A DNA stretch of 64,000 nt. It comes from Flavobacteriales bacterium (GTDB lineage: Bacteria; Bacteroidota; Bacteroidia; Flavobacteriales_D; CALLUQ01). The stretch covers positions 1,625,086-1,689,085 of the forward strand of contig OY769938.1 of the NCBI GenBank assembly GCA_963669295.1, in the 5' to 3' direction. The notes beneath the pieces were generated by a model, which worked only from the letters and a program-made list of their open reading frames with translations, made no database searches and was not told the origin of the DNA. The position numbers and the translations under genes are program-made. Shown here piece by piece: positions 29,801 to 37,173 of the stretch (its first letter is position 1; each line of letters begins with the position of its first letter).

Positions 29801-30404
29801 TTCTAAATTTGGCATCGATTATACGTATCAAAGCATCAGCAGTAAATCGCTACTTACAAATGGCTTTGATGCTCGTGATAACTTGTTAAACGAGGGGCGG
29901 GTAAGGTGGAACATTACTCGACAAGTAACCATGATTGTGCGTAACGAAGTGGGAAAACGCTCCACTTCTTCGGATTTTTTAACCAACAGAAATTATAACA
30001 TCGATTACATTACCGCGGAAACTAAATTTTCGTACCAACCCGGTACTACCTTTAGGGTAAGTGTTAAAGGAGAATACACCGAAAAAAAGAATGACCAGGA
30101 CCTTGGTGGTGAATTGGCAGAAATACAAGATTATGGCACTGAGCTAAAATACAATGTGGTATCTAAAGGCAGTTTTTTGGCTACATTCAATTTCATTAAC
30201 ATTGCATACAATGGGCTTACCAATACTTCGCTGGCCTTCGAAATGTTAAATGCCTTGCAAGTAGGAAAAAATTATACCTGGGGGCTTTCTTTTCAACGCA
30301 ACCTGGCCAACAATATGCAATTAAGCGTTAATTACAGTGGCCGACAATCAGAAGATGCCCCTACAATCCATACGGGAGGGGTTCAAGTAAGGGCTTTCTT
30401 TTAA
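26898..30404 (+). CDS. Large secreted protein, probable outer-membrane beta-barrel, family not recognised
   Basis: 1168 aa with a signal peptide ending NAQ. The C-terminal half has alternating beta-strand-like composition and ends ...GGVQVRAFF, a terminal aromatic typical of OMPs. TTG start. Confidence 0.5.
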   Translation: [1168 protein letters not shown]

Positions 30405-30405
30405 A

Positions 30406-31341
30406 TTACTTTAAATTGAAGGTGCCGTCGCCAATCTTGGCTTCATCGGCGTAGATTTCTACAATGTACTTGCCAGTAGGAATTTCAGCTTCATTTAAAT
30501 CAAAGTATACGCAAAGGTTGTTGATCGTTTGATTTTGATAGTTCACTTCCTTCTTGATGCTGTACAATCCTTTCACCCCATTGAAATTAAATCGATTGCC
30601 CTCGTCTTCATTGAGTACTTTGGCATCGGGTGTAATAATTCTCAGGTATACCGGTTTATTTCCGCTTTTGGCAATTTTGTTTTCTCCAATGGTAAAGCAA
30701 ACTTTTATCATATCGGCCCGCGAAGCGCGCTCTGTATCTACCTGCTTACCACTCGACTTAACCTTGATGGCATTTGCTTTAATGTTAAGGGCCTGTAATA
30801 TCGAACCCACTTCCACCATGTCTTCCAGGTCCTCTTTAATATTGGTTAAGTTTTCCTTGTCCTTTTGAAGGTTTTCCCGATCTTCTTTCACGTCAACCAA
30901 CTCGGCCGTTAAGTTCTGGTTTAGGGTATTCAACGAGTCAATGGTATGCACGTAACCTTGCATAATTTTACGCAACGACTTTGTTTCTTCTCGCAGCTTA
31001 CGAATGATGTAAGCATCATCTTTGTGCTTTTCGATTTGCACAAGGTACTCTTCAATTTTTGCCTGCTGTTCCTGAATTTTCAGCTTCAACTCCTCATTAT
31101 CGGTACTCAACGTATCGTAACTCGTTTGCAACGCTTCCAAATCAGCCACCAAATTGTCTCTTTCAGTTTCCAGCTCTCCTTTTTCAATGAGCACATACTC
31201 TATTTGAGAGGTTTTTTGAACCAATTGCCAGGTTAACGTACCACATGCCAACAGCAGCAAAATGATGATAACAAGGTATACCTTCTCTCTAGAGCTTTTC
31301 TCTTTCTCTTCCTTAATGGGCTTATTTTGTTGTTGTTCCAT
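30406..31341 (-). CDS. Membrane-anchored coiled-coil protein with a C-terminal beta domain
   Basis: 311 aa with one TM (VYLVIIILLLLACGTLTW) and about 150 aa of heptad-rich sequence. Its stop codon is 1 nt from the stop of the convergent gene. Confidence 0.55.
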   Translation of the reverse strand: MEQQQNKPIKEEKEKSSREKVYLVIIILLLLACGTLTWQLVQKTSQIEYVLIEKGELETERDNLVADLEALQTSYDTLSTDNEELKLKIQEQQAKIEEYLVQIEKHKDDAYIIRKLREETKSLRKIMQGYVHTIDSLNTLNQNLTAELVDVKEDRENLQKDKENLTNIKEDLEDMVEVGSILQALNIKANAIKVKSSGKQVDTERASRADMIKVCFTIGENKIAKSGNKPVYLRIITPDAKVLNEDEGNRFNFNGVKGLYSIKKEVNYQNQTINNLCVYFDLNEAEIPTGKYIVEIYADEAKIGDGTFNLK

Positions 31342-31429
31342 ACTGCTTGGAAAGTTTTAACAAAGCAAGGTAAAATTCCTTTAATTTTAAAATATAGTAC
31401 CTAAATTAACCTTGCTATACCTTTTGTAA

Positions 31430-32104
31430 ATGATTACTGATTTTTTTTCTCTGTTTTTCCCCAATAATTGTGCCGCCTGCAATGCGCCATTGCTAAAAAA
31501 CGAAAACACCATTTGCATTTCCTGTCAATACGAACTTCCGCAAACCGGGTTTCATCAACACCCAGAAAATCCTATTAGTAAATTGTTTTGGGGAAAAGTA
31601 AACATCAGTGCCGCTACATCGCTTTATTTTTTTAACCGTGGCTCCAAAGTGCAACGCTTAATGCACCAATTGAAGTATAACGGCAACCATGCTGTTGGTA
31701 TTGCATTGGGGAAACAAATAGGCTTCCTTTTACAGGAAAGCAGTCAATTTAAAGAGCTGGATGGCATTGTGCCTGTGCCGTTGCACCCTAAAAAACAACG
31801 CCAACGAGGCTACAACCAGTGCCAATATCTTGCCGAAGGAATTGCTGATTCTACAGGCATTCCCGTTCTTTCCTGCCTGAAACGCACCACACATTCTGAA
31901 AGCCAAACAAGAAAATCGAAGTTTAACCGTTGGAAGAACGTGGATGCGATCTTTACCATAAAAAAAGAGGAAGAGGTGTGTGGAAAGCACCTTTTGCTGG
32001 TGGATGATGTAGTAACCACCGGAGCCACATTGGAGGCTTGCTCCACTGCTTTGCTAAAGGCAAGTGGCGTAAAAGTGAGTATTGCAACCATTGCGTGCGC
32101 ATAA
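31430..32104 (+). CDS. comF: ComF family phosphoribosyltransferase-domain protein
   Basis: 224 aa with N-terminal Cys pairs CAACNAP...CISCQ and the PRTase motif LLLVDDVVTTGATL. Confidence 0.85.
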   Translation: MITDFFSLFFPNNCAACNAPLLKNENTICISCQYELPQTGFHQHPENPISKLFWGKVNISAATSLYFFNRGSKVQRLMHQLKYNGNHAVGIALGKQIGFLLQESSQFKELDGIVPVPLHPKKQRQRGYNQCQYLAEGIADSTGIPVLSCLKRTTHSESQTRKSKFNRWKNVDAIFTIKKEEEVCGKHLLLVDDVVTTGATLEACSTALLKASGVKVSIATIACA

Positions 32105-32131
32105 AAACATTTAAACTTTAAACAGAGAAAG

Positions 32132-32139
32132 TATATTTG
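32132..32139 (+). promoter_or_regulatory. -7 box TATATTTG ending 4 nt before the ATG at 32144 (candidate leaderless mRNA)
   Basis: Perfect TAnnTTTG. Confidence 0.35.
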
Positions 32140-32143
32140 CACC

Positions 32144-32632
32144 ATGGCCGAAGAATTGCACATTATTAGTGGAAGTAAAACAGCGCGTTACGAATCGCTG
32201 CTGCCACAAATTAAAGCACTGATAGCAGGTGAAGACGACCTTATTGCCAACCTGGCCAATATTGTGGCAGCGCTTAAGTACGGCATGAACTTCTTTTGGG
32301 TGGGATGTTATATCGTAAAAAACGACACCCTTGTGTTGGGGCCATTTCAGGGGCCGGTGGCATGTACTCGTATTGCTAAAGGTAAAGGGGTTTGTGGCAC
32401 GTCGTGGGAAAAAAAAGAAACCATTATTGTGGATGATGTAGACGCCTTTCCCGGGCATATTGCTTGTAGTGCTGAAAGTAGGTCGGAAATTGTACTCCCG
32501 CTTTTAGGTGACGATGGGAACGTAAAAATCATCTTAGATGTAGACAGTAAACAGTTGGCTGACTTCGATGATACCGATGCACATTATTTAACCCAGGTTA
32601 TTCAACTCATTAAGCCCACACTTACTCCTTGA
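32144..32632 (+). CDS. GAF-domain protein of the free methionine-(R)-sulfoxide reductase (MsrC/YebR) type
   Basis: 162 aa: LVLGPFQGPVACTRIAKGKGVCGTSW...DVDAFPGHIACSAESRSEIVLP. Confidence 0.75.
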   Translation: MAEELHIISGSKTARYESLLPQIKALIAGEDDLIANLANIVAALKYGMNFFWVGCYIVKNDTLVLGPFQGPVACTRIAKGKGVCGTSWEKKETIIVDDVDAFPGHIACSAESRSEIVLPLLGDDGNVKIILDVDSKQLADFDDTDAHYLTQVIQLIKPTLTP

Positions 32633-34224
32633 ATAGTCGGTTAAATATCGTTTTAATTGGCCTGTTATTCATGGCCTCGTGCGCACAAATTGTGCCTCCA
32701 ACAGGTGGCGAAAAAGATACCACACCACCAACCTTGCTCAGCAGTGTTCCCGAAAATTACAGCACGCAATTCAACAGCAAAACTATTGTGTTGGAGTTCG
32801 ATGAATATGTAAGTCTAAAAGACATCAGCAACCAGCTCATCATTTCTCCTCCAATGCAGGAAAAACCAGTGTTTAAGTTGAAAGGGAAAATGCTATACAT
32901 TGAGTTAAAAGAAGCATTACAACCCAATACCACTTACAACCTCAACTTTGGCAACTCAGTGGCCGACATTACCGAAGGCAATTTAGCAGGCGAGCTGCAA
33001 TATGTGTTTTCTACAGGAACATTTCTCGACTCACTGACCTGGTCTGGCAAAGTGAAAAACGCATTTAATAACGCCCCGGAAGGAGATGTGTTGGTTATGT
33101 TATACGAAACCCTTGAAGATTCTATTCCGTTAAAAGAAAGGCCCAACTACTTTGCTAAAACCAGGAAAGATGGAACTTTTTCCATCCACCACATTAAAGC
33201 GGGGAAGTACAAATTGTTTGCATTAAAAGACGGCAACTTCAACTACCTTTTCGACCTGGCCAATGAAGCCATTGCTTTCTCGCTTGAAGCCATAGATCCC
33301 GGGGTAAAAGACACCGTTCAACCCAAACCGTTAGGGTTGTTCGTTGAAGATAACGAGGTACAATACGTAAAGAAAGTTGCCTTCAATGCTCCGGGTAGTT
33401 TAACGGTTGTTTTTAACAAACCCACCGAGAACCCAAACATCACTGCCTTAAACCATACGTTTAAAAAAGACTGGTTTATCAAAGAGTTGTTGCCTAATAA
33501 AGATACCTTACTGTATTGGCTTACTGGCGTGGGGGGAATTGATACCCTGTTGTTGGAAGTAAAAGATGGTGCTACAGTAATCGATACGCTTCAAGTGAAC
33601 ATTGTTACGGATAATGACAAGCAAAAAAAATTAAGCGGTTCCAACAACGGAAGTGGTGTTTTTAACCCCAACGATTCTTTGTGGCTTGTTTTTTCGAGTC
33701 CCATCAAAAACTTCGACACTTCGCACATCCAACTATTCAAAGATACCATTCAACTTCCAGTTCAAATTGTAAGCACTGATAAAGCATTAAGGCGTTACGC
33801 CATTGCTTTTCCGTGGGAAGAGAAAACAACCTACAAGTTACAGGCATTGCCAAATGCATTTACCGATATTTACAACCGTACTCATGACACGTTAAACATT
33901 AATTTAACCACACGTAAGTTGCGTTATTATGGTTCCTTTAAAATGACACTTCATTTTGAAGGAAGCAATAACATTTTGCAATTGCTTAACGATAAAGGGC
34001 AGGTGGTACAAGAAAACATGGTGTCTTCTGGCAATACCATCCATTACCACCTTCTTGACCCAGGCACCTATGCCATGAAATTGATTTTCGATGACAACAA
34101 TAATGGCAAATGGGATACTGGGAACTACCTGGAAGGAATACAACCTGAAAAAACCACCTTCTTTCAAGATAAAATCACCGTTCGATCTAGCTGGGAGTTT
34201 GAATTAGATTGGACAATCAAGTAA
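32629..34224 (+). CDS. Ig-like (SbsA/Big_5-type) domain lipoprotein
   Basis: 531 aa. LFMASCAQIVPPTGGEKDTTPP is typical of this family. The TTG start overlaps the upstream stop as TTGA. Confidence 0.65.
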   Translation: MNSRLNIVLIGLLFMASCAQIVPPTGGEKDTTPPTLLSSVPENYSTQFNSKTIVLEFDEYVSLKDISNQLIISPPMQEKPVFKLKGKMLYIELKEALQPNTTYNLNFGNSVADITEGNLAGELQYVFSTGTFLDSLTWSGKVKNAFNNAPEGDVLVMLYETLEDSIPLKERPNYFAKTRKDGTFSIHHIKAGKYKLFALKDGNFNYLFDLANEAIAFSLEAIDPGVKDTVQPKPLGLFVEDNEVQYVKKVAFNAPGSLTVVFNKPTENPNITALNHTFKKDWFIKELLPNKDTLLYWLTGVGGIDTLLLEVKDGATVIDTLQVNIVTDNDKQKKLSGSNNGSGVFNPNDSLWLVFSSPIKNFDTSHIQLFKDTIQLPVQIVSTDKALRRYAIAFPWEEKTTYKLQALPNAFTDIYNRTHDTLNINLTTRKLRYYGSFKMTLHFEGSNNILQLLNDKGQVVQENMVSSGNTIHYHLLDPGTYAMKLIFDDNNNGKWDTGNYLEGIQPEKTTFFQDKITVRSSWEFELDWTIK

Positions 34225-34240
34225 TTTTTAGCTATTTTTG
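34209..34240 (+). promoter_or_regulatory. Candidate promoter of adhesin paralog A: TTG-N21-TATTTTTG, with the -33 element inside the last codons of the upstream gene
   Basis: TTG at 34209-34211 and a perfect -7 box at 34233-34240. The same geometry is conserved at 36907-36938. Confidence 0.5.
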
Positions 34241-34469
34241 TTGTCGCTCTCTTTCCAATTAAACATGACGAAACACTGTTTATCGCTCTGATGATCAGCA
34301 ATTTGCCTGAACATCAAGAATGCTGTTTTTCGTTGAATGCGTTGAATCGCTTGCCTTAAGGGGAGCCGAGTAATGTTTTTGTTGTTATAAAGGGCAGCAA
34401 AACAAGCTTACCCTGCATTAGCAGCGCGTTGTGGCTAAAACGCAATGTATTAATGCAAAATTTTGACTG

Positions 34470-36806
34470 ATGGTAAGCAAAACACTCAATGCTATTTCAC
34501 GAAAGGTGAAGTTAATCTTTATGTTAATACTAGTATGTTCTTTCTTCAAGGCATACGGGCAACAAACCTATACAACAACGGGCACTGAATTTTGGTTGGG
34601 GTACTTGGAAGGCCCTGATATTATTGACACCACTTCCACACGATTGGAAATCTTGATTACTTCTGACGCAAACACTTCTGGCACTATTTCCATTCCTCAA
34701 CAGGGATATGTACAAAGCTTTAATGTGGTGGCTAATGTTACCACCTCTGTAACAATTCCTAATTACATGGCCGAGCACTACGGTGGTGGTTTTTTCGAAA
34801 ATAAAGGGGTCTTGATTGAAACGCAAAATCCCTGTGCGGTTTTTGCTCTCCATCTAGATCGGTTTACCCCTGATGCCATCAAAGTACTTCCTGTTACAGC
34901 TCTGGGTACCAAATACATGGTAAGTGCTTACCAGGGAATAGATCTTTCCACCAATTATTCCGAGTTTCTAATCGTAGCTACCGAAGACGCTACGCAGGTA
35001 GTGATTACTCCCAGTGCCAACACTTCTTCTGGTCAGGTGGCAGGAACATCTTATACCGTACAACTGGATCGGGGAGAATCCTTTCAATTACAGGCTGCAG
35101 AAGGAGCCGATGACTTAACAGGCTCTACTATTGTGGCTACCCCTACAAGTGGTAAATGCAAGCCCTTTGCGGTATTTTCGGGTGCCATGTGTTCCTACGT
35201 ACCGCTGGGGTGTCCTCCTGGCGATCATCTTTGGGAGCAAAACTTCCCCACTGAATCTTGGGGAACAGAATATTTGATGGCGCCTGTTAGCCTGGCTACC
35301 AACTATACCTACCGGGTAATGGCATTAAATAATGGCACCAATTACACCATTGATGGTGGTGCTCCACAACTTTTAAATGCCGGGCAGTTTGATGAGTACA
35401 ATTTCGCCCCTGATGCCCATTGTATTCAAGCCGACAGTCCTATTTGTGTAACCCAATACCTGGAAGGTTCAGACTGTGGTGTTACTGCCGACCCATCGCA
35501 AGTCATCCTGAATGCTTCTGATCAAATGATTAACAACATTACTTTTAGTACAATAATCGATCCCATGTTTGTTCAGGATTTAAGTGTTGTTATGGAAACG
35601 CCTTACACCAACACCTTATCATTGGACGGGATGCCGATAGGTGCCGCACAATTTACCCCCTTTAATAACTGTCCGGGATACTCCTGGGCGCACATAACTA
35701 TTCTTCAACAGGGAAGTCATACCTTAACTTCTCCCTTTGGCTTTAGTGCTTATGCATATGGTGCTGGACTACATCAAAGCTACGCCTACTCTTTAGGGGC
35801 ATTAATTACAGAGCCTACTATCATTGACTCGGTTATTTGTACTTCGGATACTGCTGTACTTATAGCGCCTAATGGGATGTTAAACCCATGGTGGGCTACT
35901 CAATCGAACCCTAACGACACTATTGCAATAGGGGCAACTCTAATACTTTATCCCCCCTTTCCTAATGAAATTTACATTGTAACAGGTGATGACTCAATAG
36001 TACCTGGTTGTATACAAACCTATTCATACAGCATTGACTATCAACCACCACCAGCCATAACATTGACTACTTCTAAAGATACGGTGTGTTTATATGACTC
36101 GATTGCTATGAACGTTACCCTGACTCCTTCGGGGGCTTATTCATACAATTGGACGCCTCCATTAGCATTCAGCGACCCTAATAGTGCCAACCCCGTACTA
36201 ACCCCTTCACAAAGCGGATGGTATGTGTGCAACATTGAATCAACTATCAATTGTGTGAATGCAGCAGACAGCATATACATTGCTTTATACCCAGAACCCC
36301 AACCGCTACCGTACAACGAAGCCACTTTTTGTGACTTGGAAATTCCGGGCATCGTTGTGTTGGATGCAAGCAACCCCGGCTCTACCTATTTATGGTCTAC
36401 AGGAGATACGACACAACAAATTACAGTGAAAACTGATGGCACCTTCTATGTTACCATTACTTCCGCTAATAACTGTGTAAATGTAGATAGCATCGTTGTA
36501 AATCTCTTTTGCCAACCACAGGTATACGTGCCAAACTCATTCACGCCCAACGGTGATGAAAGGAATGATTTCTTTAGGGCTTACGGAGATAACATTGCTG
36601 AATTCGAGATGTTCATCTACAATCGTTGGGGGCAATTGATCTTTCACACAGAAGAAATAGATCATGCGTGGGGAGGGTTCTTTGAAGGAGAACCGGTACA
36701 ACAAGATGTATATACCTGGAAAGTTATATACCGCCCCAGAGCATCGTTTAATGGGCCTTTATCTCATACAAAGGAGTTGATAGGGCATGTTACCCTCATC
36801 CGATAA
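34470..36806 (+). CDS. T9SS type-B sorting-domain adhesin, paralog A (IgGFc-binding-N-terminal-like domain plus Cys-containing Ig-like repeats plus gliding-motility C-terminal domain)
   Basis: 778 aa with a signal peptide and an N-terminal GTEFWLGYLEG... block. The C-terminus VPNSFTPNGDERNDFFRAYG...IYNRWGQLIF...WGG...VYTWKV matches the type-B (CHU_C/TIGR04131-like) sorting domain. Confidence 0.85.
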   Translation: MVSKTLNAISRKVKLIFMLILVCSFFKAYGQQTYTTTGTEFWLGYLEGPDIIDTTSTRLEILITSDANTSGTISIPQQGYVQSFNVVANVTTSVTIPNYMAEHYGGGFFENKGVLIETQNPCAVFALHLDRFTPDAIKVLPVTALGTKYMVSAYQGIDLSTNYSEFLIVATEDATQVVITPSANTSSGQVAGTSYTVQLDRGESFQLQAAEGADDLTGSTIVATPTSGKCKPFAVFSGAMCSYVPLGCPPGDHLWEQNFPTESWGTEYLMAPVSLATNYTYRVMALNNGTNYTIDGGAPQLLNAGQFDEYNFAPDAHCIQADSPICVTQYLEGSDCGVTADPSQVILNASDQMINNITFSTIIDPMFVQDLSVVMETPYTNTLSLDGMPIGAAQFTPFNNCPGYSWAHITILQQGSHTLTSPFGFSAYAYGAGLHQSYAYSLGALITEPTIIDSVICTSDTAVLIAPNGMLNPWWATQSNPNDTIAIGATLILYPPFPNEIYIVTGDDSIVPGCIQTYSYSIDYQPPPAITLTTSKDTVCLYDSIAMNVTLTPSGAYSYNWTPPLAFSDPNSANPVLTPSQSGWYVCNIESTINCVNAADSIYIALYPEPQPLPYNEATFCDLEIPGIVVLDASNPGSTYLWSTGDTTQQITVKTDGTFYVTITSANNCVNVDSIVVNLFCQPQVYVPNSFTPNGDERNDFFRAYGDNIAEFEMFIYNRWGQLIFHTEEIDHAWGGFFEGEPVQQDVYTWKVIYRPRASFNGPLSHTKELIGHVTLIR

Positions 36807-36846
36807 ATGGTACATGTCACATAGAGAAGCTATTTTAATACAGCCC

Positions 36847-36922
36847 AAAAGTGACCTTTTTTCAAGATAAAATCACCGTTCGATCCAGCTGGGAGTTCGA
36901 GTTGGATTGGACAATCAAGTAA
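36847..36922 (+). pseudogene. Relic copy of the last ~22 codons plus stop of gene 32629-34224, carried by the tandem duplication
   Basis: 36855-36922 aligns with 34157-34224 with only 5 differences. It encodes the identical peptide FFQDKITVRSSWEFELDWTIK*. An in-frame TAA at 36836-36838 closes the frame upstream. Confidence 0.85.
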
Positions 36923-36938
36923 TTTTTAACTACTTTTG
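36907..36938 (+). promoter_or_regulatory. Candidate promoter of adhesin paralog B: TTG-N21-TACTTTTG
   Basis: TTG at 36907-36909 lies inside the relic, and a perfect -7 box sits at 36931-36938. Spacing is identical to paralog A. Confidence 0.5.
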
Positions 36939-37173
36939 CCTTACTCTTTCCATCCATTTAATCAACCTAACCAAAACACATCAAGCAACTTGTAATCAGC
37001 GAATTGTGTTGTTTTTAGGTAACAATTCCTGTTTTACTGCGTTAAATCGCGTGTTTTATATGAATGAAAAATGCTGTTTTTGTTGAATTTTCAAGCAACC
37101 AAAACTGCTTTACTACGTCTTTACAGCGTGTTGTTATTAAAATCCGAACAGCGGATATTAAATTATTGAACAG

